Shown here: piece after piece, positions 34,238 to 42,116 of the stretch
Position numbering within the stretch: position 1 is the stretch's first letter
How the letters are laid out: every line of letters starts with the position of its first letter
Source of the DNA: Escherichia phage sortsyn
Length of the DNA: 42,116 bases
Strand: one strand, 5' to 3'
Sequence record: MN850623.1
Position numbers and translations under genes: made by a program
Notes under the pieces: generated by a model
The model's database searches: none
The model's input: only the letters and a program-made list of their open reading frames with translations
What the model was told of the DNA's origin: nothing

Positions 34238-35497
34238 ATGGCTAACCAGTTAGCGAAGGATCTCGAAATTGCTTTCGAGGAATATGTGGAGAGCTTCGAG
34301 GCGTCTTGCGTCGTGTCGAAGAACGCGGCGAAGTTCCGCCCCGGTGATCAGACGATGCAACGCGCCGGGGACGTGATCCACCGTCCGCAGCGTTACCACG
34401 CTGATATCATCGAAGGTCTGGATCTGACCGGACAAGCCGGGACCGATATCGTCCAGCGCCTCGTCCCTTCCGTGTTCAAAGAACCTCAGAACGTTCTCTT
34501 TAAGCTGGACGCTCGCGAAATGCGCGACCCAGAGCAGCGTAAAGAGATGGGCCGAGCAGCGGGCCAGCGCGTAGCCGCGAAGATCGACTCCGATCTGATC
34601 GCTACCGCAGCGCGTTACGCGACCCACGTCGCCACCACTGGCGACAACAGCACCGGAACGCTAGGCGGCGACCTGTGGGACGCAGCAGCGCAGATCGGCG
34701 CACAAATGACCGCGATCGGCATCCCGCAGGGTACGAATAAAAAAGCCTTCTGGAACTCGTTCTCAAACAAGTTCCTGGCGAAAGAACTCGGATCCCGCGC
34801 ATATGCTCAGGGCGCAACCCTGACCGCATACGAAAAGGCGCAGATCCCGGACGTGGCTCGCTTCATGTCCTTTGAGACGGATATTTCCGCACGTCTGGGC
34901 GCTGGCTCCGCAGCAGCGATCACCCTGGCAGCGGCTCCGGCTCACAAAGTCGAAGCGAAAGACGCGAACGATCTCCCGGTCGATAACCGCCAGGGCGTGA
35001 TCACCGTGTCCGCAGCCCACGGCCTGGTCGCTGGTGATGCCTTCACCATCGCGGGCGTGAACATGGTCCATATGATCAGCAAGGACACCACGGACACCCC
35101 TCAAGTGTTCCGCGTCCTGGGCGTGTCTGGTAACAACATCACGATCACCCCTCAGATCCTGCCGCCGGACAACGCCGATCTGCCGTCTCGCCCTTACGCG
35201 AACGTGGACGCGAACGCCGCCAACGGCGCGGAACTGACCGTTATCAACAACACGGCATCTAATGCTAACATCCTGTGGGCCGACGGCTCCGTGGAACTGA
35301 TGTTCGGTAATCTGGCGTTCCCTACTGGTCAAGGTCCGCAAGTAATGCGAGCCACCACCAAACAGGGCGCGACTCTGATCATGTCCTACGCGTTCGATCA
35401 CATCGCGGGCGTGACCACCTGCCGTTACACCACGCTTTACGGTTGTTCCGTCCTCGTGCCGGAATACGTGGGCCTGGTACTGCCTAACCAGCAGTAA
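34238..35497 (+). CDS. Major capsid (coat) protein, P22 gp5-like
   Basis: Position after scaffold, size 419 aa, local similarity to P22 coat as recalled (FTIAGVNMV, ILWADGSVELMFGNLAFPTGQ). Confidence 0.9.
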   Translation: MANQLAKDLEIAFEEYVESFEASCVVSKNAAKFRPGDQTMQRAGDVIHRPQRYHADIIEGLDLTGQAGTDIVQRLVPSVFKEPQNVLFKLDAREMRDPEQRKEMGRAAGQRVAAKIDSDLIATAARYATHVATTGDNSTGTLGGDLWDAAAQIGAQMTAIGIPQGTNKKAFWNSFSNKFLAKELGSRAYAQGATLTAYEKAQIPDVARFMSFETDISARLGAGSAAAITLAAAPAHKVEAKDANDLPVDNRQGVITVSAAHGLVAGDAFTIAGVNMVHMISKDTTDTPQVFRVLGVSGNNITITPQILPPDNADLPSRPYANVDANAANGAELTVINNTASNANILWADGSVELMFGNLAFPTGQGPQVMRATTKQGATLIMSYAFDHIAGVTTCRYTTLYGCSVLVPEYVGLVLPNQQ

Positions 35498-35513
35498 GAC
35501 GCGCAGCAATACA

Positions 35514-35543
35514 AAAGGGGAGCCATTGGCTCCTCTTTTTTTA
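35514..35543 (+). terminator. Rho-independent terminator after the coat gene
   Basis: Stem GGGGAGCC/GGCTCCTC then TTTTTTT. Confidence 0.8.
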
Positions 35544-35554
35544 TGGCATATACT
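35526..35554 (+). promoter_or_regulatory. Putative promoter overlapping the coat terminator
   Basis: -35 TTGGCT, 17-bp spacer, -10 TATACT. Confidence 0.3.
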
Positions 35555-35586
35555 AGCCGGGAAACATCACACAAAGAGGATTTACA

Positions 35587-36117
35587 ATGAACCAGCGTTC
35601 CTATTCAAAAACCGCCATCGCCGCAGTTTTAACCGTAATGCTTTACTCCCGCCCCGCTATTCTGGGACGCGAACGCATCACCGGGCTGGAAACCATGCGC
35701 CGCCCGCACACTGACGGCCCCTACGTCCGCGCCATCTTCCCGGAGCAAGAAGCCGCCGAGCGTCTGGAGTCTGGCTTCTGGGTGGATCATCCGAACAAAC
35801 TCCCGGCGCTGGATGCCGCGATCGCCGAGGCAGCGGAGAAGGAGGCCAAAAAGGACAAGCAGGAGGCCGACGACGAAGAAGCCGCCCGCCTGAAAGAGAA
35901 GCAGGACGCAGAGGCCCAAAATAAGGCCCCAGAATCGACCGCTACGGCCTCCGAGCAAAAAGACGCACCGAAGGCCGACGAAGTGAAGAACGAGCCAGAG
36001 AGCGGCGCAGAGGCTCAGGAATCCACCCAGGAAGCGAAGGCCGACGAATCCAAGCCGAAAGACGGCGAGAAGGTAGACGGCGCGAAAGTTCCGACCGACA
36101 AGAAGGCTAAGAAATAA
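35587..36117 (+). CDS. Hypothetical protein with Lys/Glu/Ala-rich C-terminal tail
   Basis: 176-aa ORF between coat and gp4-like gene, GAGGA SD. Confidence 0.5.
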   Translation: MNQRSYSKTAIAAVLTVMLYSRPAILGRERITGLETMRRPHTDGPYVRAIFPEQEAAERLESGFWVDHPNKLPALDAAIAEAAEKEAKKDKQEADDEEAARLKEKQDAEAQNKAPESTATASEQKDAPKADEVKNEPESGAEAQESTQEAKADESKPKDGEKVDGAKVPTDKKAKK

Positions 36118-36119
36118 TT

Positions 36120-36575
36120 ATGGCGACTTTGCAGAAGATCCAGATCGTTAACCTGGCGTTACGCCGTGGCGGGCTGGCGTCGTCTGCTGTTCTCATGATG
36201 CCAGATCCCCAGCAGTTAGCCGACGCGCTGGAGGATCTGGAGGGCTTAATGGCTACGGTGATTCAGGACGGCGTGGCCTTACCCTACATCTTCACGACCA
36301 ACGCCGACGGCGTACCGGACGGGAACGAGGACTCCGGGCTGGACCTGTGGACCAAAGAGGGGATCGCCCTCAAGCTGGCCCAGCGGATCCTCCTGGATAT
36401 GCAGCGCGATTTAACGCCTGAAATGAACGCAGTTTTAAAGGAGCAATGGGACATTATTAAGATCCAGTTCTACACGGTCCCAAGCCTGAAACAGCGTAAC
36501 GATATGCCTACGGGGGCGGGTAATCGTCCGTTCTTCCCGGAGGACCGTTTCTACTATGACGGGAGCGACAAATGA
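36120..36575 (+). CDS. Head-to-tail adaptor / tail accessory factor (P22 gp4-like)
   Basis: LEDLEGLMATVIQDG and RNDMPTGAGNRPF parallel P22 gp4 DDLEAMMAEWYQDG and SRMPTGSGNSF as recalled. Confidence 0.85.
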   Translation: MATLQKIQIVNLALRRGGLASSAVLMMPDPQQLADALEDLEGLMATVIQDGVALPYIFTTNADGVPDGNEDSGLDLWTKEGIALKLAQRILLDMQRDLTPEMNAVLKEQWDIIKIQFYTVPSLKQRNDMPTGAGNRPFFPEDRFYYDGSDK

Positions 36576-36652
36576 AACCGACCAAAGGCAAAAAGAAGCC
36601 GCAGGGCAGCAAGAAGCCGAAGAAACCAGCTAAGGCTAAAGGGGGCTACTGA
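36572..36652 (+). CDS. Possible 26-aa lysine-rich micro-ORF (MKPTKGKKKPQGSKKPKKPAKAKGGY)
   Basis: Start overlaps the gp4-like stop (ATGA) and its stop overlaps the gp10-like start (TGATG). Confidence 0.3.
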   Translation: MKPTKGKKKPQGSKKPKKPAKAKGGY

Positions 36653-38091
36653 TGCGCAACCCAGAACGCGGGCAGGAGATCACGATCCCGCTGTTATATG
36701 GCGATGGTCGCCGATCGACGACGCTCGACTGGTCAACCCGGCTACCGGAGAACATGCTGGCGGTCGCCCGCACCATTAAGGGCGGTAACGGCTATATGCG
36801 CATGATGCCGGGGATCGTGAAGGACAAGGACGTGGCGGGCGTCTCTCGCGGCGCAGACTGGAACACGGTCAAAAATGCGACTTACCGCGTGATGGGTGAT
36901 CAGCTGTACCTCTCCGGGGAGTCCGTGGCGACCATCTCCGGCGTGGACCGTACTCCTATGGCACATAGCCGGAACCGCGTCGCCATCGTGTCCCAGAACT
37001 CCATGATCATGATCGGCTACGACGGGAGCCGGAACAGCTTCTCCAACTGGACCGGGGAAGATGATCCGACGTATGACTGGGGCGACATTAACGACGTGTG
37101 CCACCTCCGCCAGCGCTTTATCTTCTCCACGAAGAACTCGGACACCTTCTGGATCTCCGACCTGCTGGACGAGACGAAGCCAGACAAGACCGCCCCGGCG
37201 TACCGCGCCGAAACCATGCCGGACGGCATCGTGGCGATCAGGGCGTGGCGTGATTATGTCGTTTGTTTTGGGACCGCCTCGATCGAGTTCTTCGGCCTGA
37301 CCGGGGACGATCAGAACGTCTACGCCAGCCAGCCGTCCTACACCGTCGAAGCCGGGACGATCGGGCGTGAAAGTGTCTGCGAGTATATGGAGACTTTCGC
37401 CTTTCTTACGTCGCCATTCTCCGGCGATTTGACGATCGCCATGATGAACCCCGGCGGCGGTACGTGGAGCGAGATCGCCAGCGCGGAGATCAAGAAGATT
37501 CTGGCGGACTATGACGTGGCAGACCTCGCCGACGTCCGTCTGGAGTCGCTCAGTTTTGAGACTCACAAACTTCTGATCGTCCACTTGCCGGACAAAACGC
37601 TGGTTTACGATCACCCAGTAAGCCAGGCGCAGGGCGTCCCGGTCTGGTCGTACATTAAGACGGGCATCAACGGGATCGGACCTTACCGCGCCGTGGACTT
37701 CGTGAACGAGGGCCGCGTGATCACCTGTGGCGACAAGCTGGATCCGTATCTGGGGAAAATGGATAACACCACGTCGGCCCAGTATGGCGAGGACCAGGAG
37801 ATCGTCCTGTATACGCCGCTATTGTGGGCCGAGAATGCGATCCTTGCAGACTTCCGCATGGATGCCAGCACCGGGGGCGACTCCGTAGCGAGCCGGATCT
37901 GGCTCTCCGCGACCGAGGACGGGATCGTGTACGGGCAGGAGAAAAGCATCGCCTACAATACCCCGTATCAGTGGCTACAGAACGTTATCTTACGCGTAGT
38001 AGGCCGAGTCCGTTCCGCTATCGGCTTTAAAATCCGCACCGTAGGCGCAACCCCGGCGACTCTCTCGCGGGCGCGTGTCCGTGTGACCTAA
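36652..38091 (+). CDS. Tail hub protein (P22 gp10-like)
   Basis: GVSRG...NA.YRV, AWRDYVVCFGTASIEFFGLTG, ITCGDK, WLSATEDGIVYG, IGFKIR segments colinear with P22 gp10 as recalled. Confidence 0.9.
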   Translation: MRNPERGQEITIPLLYGDGRRSTTLDWSTRLPENMLAVARTIKGGNGYMRMMPGIVKDKDVAGVSRGADWNTVKNATYRVMGDQLYLSGESVATISGVDRTPMAHSRNRVAIVSQNSMIMIGYDGSRNSFSNWTGEDDPTYDWGDINDVCHLRQRFIFSTKNSDTFWISDLLDETKPDKTAPAYRAETMPDGIVAIRAWRDYVVCFGTASIEFFGLTGDDQNVYASQPSYTVEAGTIGRESVCEYMETFAFLTSPFSGDLTIAMMNPGGGTWSEIASAEIKKILADYDVADLADVRLESLSFETHKLLIVHLPDKTLVYDHPVSQAQGVPVWSYIKTGINGIGPYRAVDFVNEGRVITCGDKLDPYLGKMDNTTSAQYGEDQEIVLYTPLLWAENAILADFRMDASTGGDSVASRIWLSATEDGIVYGQEKSIAYNTPYQWLQNVILRVVGRVRSAIGFKIRTVGATPATLSRARVRVT

Positions 38092-38094
38092 TCC

Positions 38095-38106
38095 ACTGGG
38101 GGGATC
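38095..38106 (+). repeat. 12-mer ACTGGGGGGATC, copy 3 of 3, directly abutting the tail-needle ATG
   Basis: Exact repeat, here in the ribosome-binding position. Confidence 0.5.
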
Positions 38107-38877
38107 ATGCCAGTTAAACAGAAGATTCAGCAGCTAAACACCAGCAGCCTACCGCCGGGAACGTCGATCGCTTTCCGGGACTGGCTGGTGAGGCTGAACG
38201 GAGTCACGAAGGAGACGGGGGACGTCGCAGACGGAGCGGAGTCCACCGCAGACGAGGCGAAGGAGATCGCCGAGGCCCAGCGCATCCGAAACGACCAGCA
38301 GGACGTGACGCTGGCCCTCCACGATCAGCGACTCGACAGCGCAGAGAACCGCCTCACGCTGTTAGAGGACGATGTGGACTACCTGCTGGACAAGGTGATC
38401 GATCTGGAGACGCGGATCGAGGATCTGGAGGACTGGCGCGTGTACATGACCCGCCAGAAATCCGAGGTCGTCTACAGCGGGATCTCGCTTAACATCCCCA
38501 CGACGCCCTCCAACCTCCTGACGCTCCTCGCCGCCCTCACCCCGACGTCCGGCAGTCTGGCCCCGTTCTTCAACACGGCGACCGGGCGACTCGTGGCGCT
38601 GAACAAGAACAAGGATCTTAAACTCAAGATCAGCGTGGTGGGGGCGTTCGCGGGCGGGACCACTAACAGGTCGATGGAGATCACTTTCGGGACCGTCGTC
38701 CCCGACACTCTCGTGGTGAGCCGCAACCCGGCAACCCCTACGGATAACTTATTGTTCAACACCTTTTTCTCCGTGGAGGAGGGGGACGACATTACCAGCC
38801 CAGGGATCAACATGACGATCCAGTCCAACGGCTCCGCGTTCACGGCAACCCAGATCAAACTAATCGCGACGCAGTAA
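38107..38877 (+). CDS. Tail needle protein (P22 gp26-like) with C-terminal knob domain
   Basis: N-terminal coiled coil EAQRIRNDQQDVTLALHDQRLDSAENR similar to gp26; longer C-terminal region. Confidence 0.8.
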   Translation: MPVKQKIQQLNTSSLPPGTSIAFRDWLVRLNGVTKETGDVADGAESTADEAKEIAEAQRIRNDQQDVTLALHDQRLDSAENRLTLLEDDVDYLLDKVIDLETRIEDLEDWRVYMTRQKSEVVYSGISLNIPTTPSNLLTLLAALTPTSGSLAPFFNTATGRLVALNKNKDLKLKISVVGAFAGGTTNRSMEITFGTVVPDTLVVSRNPATPTDNLLFNTFFSVEEGDDITSPGINMTIQSNGSAFTATQIKLIATQ

Positions 38878-38886
38878 GGGGACCGC

Positions 38887-39288
38887 ATGGAACAAAAAGA
38901 GATGATCGAACTCGTGCCAGACTCCGGCGTGGACCTCCTCCACGCCTGGGGCTTGCCGGAGTGGCCTCGCAATGCCGAGGCTAAATATTTTCTGTGGGAT
39001 CGTTGTTGCGTGTTTGCCATCATGGCGAACGATGAAGGCGGGATCGATGGTCATATGGCGATGGATCCCCCCAGACGCAGACGGTCACGCGAGGCTTGTC
39101 TGGCTTTTCTGTACCACTGGGGCCACTATGCGATCCGCGTTCCGGTCCTTATGAGTCACAAACACGCCCGGAACGTGGTCCGAAAAGTCGGATTTGTTGA
39201 AAGCCCTCCCCAGCTTGTACAATTGGTGGACGGCAGAGAGGCGGAAATTATTTTCTTGAGGAGAGGACCAAATGGGCGGAGCAATTAG
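38887..39288 (+). CDS. gp14-like virion assembly/ejection-associated protein (assignment by position)
   Basis: 133-aa ORF between tail needle and gp7-like gene, where gene 14 sits in P22-like phages. Confidence 0.45.
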   Translation: MEQKEMIELVPDSGVDLLHAWGLPEWPRNAEAKYFLWDRCCVFAIMANDEGGIDGHMAMDPPRRRRSREACLAFLYHWGHYAIRVPVLMSHKHARNVVRKVGFVESPPQLVQLVDGREAEIIFLRRGPNGRSN

Positions 39289-39934
39289 CGGGATCGGTGG
39301 GGCCGTCTCGTCCGTTTTAGGCGGTATCGGTACGAGGAAGGCGCTCAAGCAGCAGCAGAAAGCGACCGATAAACAGATGGACTACCAGCGCGAACTCCAG
39401 GCGCAACAGGCGGAATGGTTAAGCCCGTTCCGTGAGGCGGGGACGAACGCTATCCCTCAACTGACTGCGATCGCGGGCCAGCCTATCGATCGAGAGCAGC
39501 TACTTTCCGACTACTACGGCGGGCAGGAGTTCGCCATGAACGAGGAAGCGGCTCGACGTTCCCAGCTTGCCAGCGCAGAAGCGACGGGCGGACTCGGATC
39601 CACGGCTACGTCGAACAGCCTCGCGGCGATCGCGCCTACGCTGGGCCAGAACTACCTGAACGCGATGCAAGCGCAGCAGCAAGACATGTTTAACCAGCTT
39701 TTGGGCCTGACTAACGTCGGCTTATCTGGCGCTGGCGCTCAGTCCGCAGCGGCTACCGGGACCACCAACGCACTGACCGCACTCGCGGGCCAGAAGGGCC
39801 AGATCCTGGGACAAAAAGCGGCCTTGCCGTGGAATACCGCAGCAACGGCTAACAATCAAATGGCACAAGGCGCAGCGCAGGACGCTAACACGTTTACGTC
39901 CATGTTCGGCGGCATGTTCGGGAGCATGATCTAA
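39272..39934 (+). CDS. Ejection protein (P22 gp7-like)
   Basis: Gly/Ala/Gln-rich 220-aa protein in the conserved gp14-gp7-gp20-gp16 position. Confidence 0.65.
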   Translation: MGGAISGIGGAVSSVLGGIGTRKALKQQQKATDKQMDYQRELQAQQAEWLSPFREAGTNAIPQLTAIAGQPIDREQLLSDYYGGQEFAMNEEAARRSQLASAEATGGLGSTATSNSLAAIAPTLGQNYLNAMQAQQQDMFNQLLGLTNVGLSGAGAQSAAATGTTNALTALAGQKGQILGQKAALPWNTAATANNQMAQGAAQDANTFTSMFGGMFGSMI

Positions 39935-41259
39935 TGGCGCAATTACTAGGCGGTGGCGGTGGCGCAGATCCGGGCGATCTGTGGAACAACCTCCAGAACA
40001 TCCAGGCGGCGGGGACTAACACCCTCGCCAATATCGGGCAGATCCAGGCCAACACGGCGCAGCAGATCCAGAACCGACAGCAGGGCATGGCGACCCAGGC
40101 GGCGCAAGCTAATCAGGCGCAAATGGCCCAGTTCAATAAGGACTGGCAAGCAGCAGCGGGCGACCCGTCGAAGATCTCCGAACTGGCCTATAAATACCCG
40201 ACCCAGATCGAAGCACTCCAGAAGCGCCTCGGACTGGTGGATGATATTCGACGCCAGCAGGGATCCCAGCTTGCAAGCCAGGCCGACGTCGCGATCTCGC
40301 AGGGGCCGCAGATGGCCCAGCAATTCGTCCAGCAGAACGCCCCGGCGCTCCAGGCGCTGGGAATCGATCCGCAGGTGGCCTACCAGTCGGCAGCGCAGGA
40401 CCCGGAAGCGTTCAAGCGCTCAGTCCAGGCGCTCCACCTGGCGAGCAATACCAGCAAGGACCAACTGGACTACGCGAAAGAGTACATGAAGAACCAGACC
40501 GTAATCAGGGGGCAGGACGTCACCGCAGCGAGCAACGCGGCAGACCGAAATCTGAAATATATCGGACTCCAGACCGAGCGACTCAACACGAGGATCGCGC
40601 AGGAAAAGAACGATATTGAGCGACAGAAGTACGTGCAGCAGCAGCAAAAAATGCAAGCCGACAGCCTCAACACGAAGCGCGATTTTCTCCAGACCTACGA
40701 GACGCAACTCGCCCCGATCACCACGGCGATCGATCAGGCCCAGCGACTCCTCCAGCGTAAGGATCTGGCCTACGTGACGGGCAACCTGGGCGCGATTAAC
40801 AGGGGCGCGTCGTGGGTTACTGGTGGCGGCGATGCCACGGCGGAGATCATGAACCAGTTTAACCAGCTTAAAGACCAGGCCCGCGTCGCGGGTATTCAGT
40901 CTTTGCGTGGTACTGGTCCAGTGACCGAGCAGGAGGGCCGCGCAGCCGCTCAGGCGCTGATCAACGCAGACCCTCGCACCATGAGCGAGCAGCAGCTTAA
41001 GGACGTCATGACGCGCTACGTGACCGCACTCAGCAAGGGCAAGGACGCGATCGAGAAGTCGCAGGGCGGGCGCGTGGAGTCCTACCGTCGCGAGATCAAG
41101 CAGGACGACGCGAAACAGGAAGCCGTCGGACGCCTCAGCGCTGGGGGGATCCCGCAGCAGAACGCGCAAGCCGCGATTAATTACCTGATGCAGAACCCTA
41201 CCCCTAGCGTTAAGGCTCAATTTCAGGAAAAATACGGTTTTCTACCGGAGGGGCTATAA
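39934..41259 (+). CDS. Ejection protein (P22 gp20-like)
   Basis: Gln/Ala-rich 441-aa protein in the conserved position; TAATG overlap. Confidence 0.7.
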   Translation: MAQLLGGGGGADPGDLWNNLQNIQAAGTNTLANIGQIQANTAQQIQNRQQGMATQAAQANQAQMAQFNKDWQAAAGDPSKISELAYKYPTQIEALQKRLGLVDDIRRQQGSQLASQADVAISQGPQMAQQFVQQNAPALQALGIDPQVAYQSAAQDPEAFKRSVQALHLASNTSKDQLDYAKEYMKNQTVIRGQDVTAASNAADRNLKYIGLQTERLNTRIAQEKNDIERQKYVQQQQKMQADSLNTKRDFLQTYETQLAPITTAIDQAQRLLQRKDLAYVTGNLGAINRGASWVTGGGDATAEIMNQFNQLKDQARVAGIQSLRGTGPVTEQEGRAAAQALINADPRTMSEQQLKDVMTRYVTALSKGKDAIEKSQGGRVESYRREIKQDDAKQEAVGRLSAGGIPQQNAQAAINYLMQNPTPSVKAQFQEKYGFLPEGL

Positions 41260-42116
41260 ATGGCGAACATCTTCGACCAGTTTGATCAGAATATGCCGGA
41301 AAGTGCGGAAGCGCTCCCAAATCAGATCCCGCAGCAAGCGGGATCCACTGGCGGAGGTTATGCTGATCTGGTGGAGAGCGCCGGGGCCAAGTGGGGGATC
41401 CCTGCTGGCCTCATGACTCAGTTAATGGGTAAAGAATCCAGCGGCGATCCCACTGCGACCTCCAGCAAGGGCGCAATGGGGCTTACTCAGGTGATGCCGG
41501 GAACGGCCCGCGATATGGGCTACGACCCGGCGCAACTGGCGCAGGATCCGGCAATGCAAGCGGACGCGGGGGCGCAGTATCTTTCCCGCATGTATCAGCG
41601 CTACGGAGATTGGGGGACGGCTCTCCAGGCTTACCACGACGGCCCCGGCAACGTAGACAAACAACTGGCGGGCCAGGCAACCCCAGGCCCGGAGGGGCGT
41701 CAATATGTGGATGATCGGTTTAATCAATGGACTGGGCGAGGCGCTGGCAGCGATGGCAGCGGCGAACCTACTCAATACGCAACCAGCGCACGATCTCCGA
41801 GCGCTGGCGGTAATGTTTTCGACCAGTTCGGAGACTACCAGGCACCAGCAGCCGCAGACGGAGCCGGAGCACCCGGAGCCGATCAACAAGTCCCAGCCGT
41901 CGCCGCTGGCAATGCACTTAATCAAACGGGATCTGATGGCGCACAAGGGGCGGCAGCGCCGAACGGTAACGGAGAGCAGGGCGGAGCTAATCAGCCCGGA
42001 CAAACCGATCCAAACGAAGAAGCCGCCCGAAACTGGGAAAAGTTAGGCCAGACCGTCCTCCACTCGCTGGATCAGGGCGCTCGCGGCGTGGCTCAGACGG
42101 GGATCGACCTGCTGAA
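41260..42116 (+). CDS. Ejection protein with N-terminal soluble lytic transglycosylase (SLT) domain; 3'-partial, no stop before window end
   Basis: GKESSGDPTATSSKGAMGLTQVMPGTA and ALQAYHDGPGNV match SLT catalytic Glu and AYNxG-like motifs; frame open to the last base and in phase with the ORF at the window start. Confidence 0.7.
   Translation, partial: MANIFDQFDQNMPESAEALPNQIPQQAGSTGGGYADLVESAGAKWGIPAGLMTQLMGKESSGDPTATSSKGAMGLTQVMPGTARDMGYDPAQLAQDPAMQADAGAQYLSRMYQRYGDWGTALQAYHDGPGNVDKQLAGQATPGPEGRQYVDDRFNQWTGRGAGSDGSGEPTQYATSARSPSAGGNVFDQFGDYQAPAAADGAGAPGADQQVPAVAAGNALNQTGSDGAQGAAAPNGNGEQGGANQPGQTDPNEEAARNWEKLGQTVLHSLDQGARGVAQTGIDLL

Noticed and set aside
1-42116. CRISPR arrays, tRNA genes, integrase and attachment sites
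   Set aside because: No array of regularly spaced direct repeats was seen. No intergenic stretch looked like a tRNA cloverleaf, though only by eye; tRNAscan would be needed. No ORF carried recognisable tyrosine or serine recombinase motifs.

Overview
The window reads as a complete or near-complete ~42 kb tailed-phage genome, probably circularly permuted, with no integrase or CI-type repressor recognised. The virion module is P22-like: small and large terminase, portal, scaffold, coat, gp4/gp10/gp26-like tail genes, gp14/gp7/gp20-like ejection genes, an SLT-domain ejection protein and a tailspike with a P22-type head-binding N-terminus. It is combined with a lambda-type lysis cassette (S holin, R transglycosylase, Rz/Rz1) on the opposite strand, an Erf/PD-(D/E)XK exonuclease/VRR-NUC/SSB recombination block, an SF2 helicase, a zinc-ribbon primase-like gene, a Dam-family methyltransferase, a GcrA-like regulator and a RepA-like AAA_25 ATPase next to an iteron-rich candidate origin. 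Genes fall into four alternating strand blocks separated by hairpin terminators. The most striking signal is a six-copy promoter cassette: a 15-bp palindrome TAGCA-N5-TGCTA placed exactly 22 bp upstream of a TGnTATAAT-like extended -10. Other points of interest are two HNH endonucleases with atypical codon usage, an HExxH ORF nested between the terminase genes, a two-domain Ig-like moron, and an in-frame match between the last and first ORFs of the window. All calls rest on reading the translations and sequence by eye and recalling family signatures; no database search was run.
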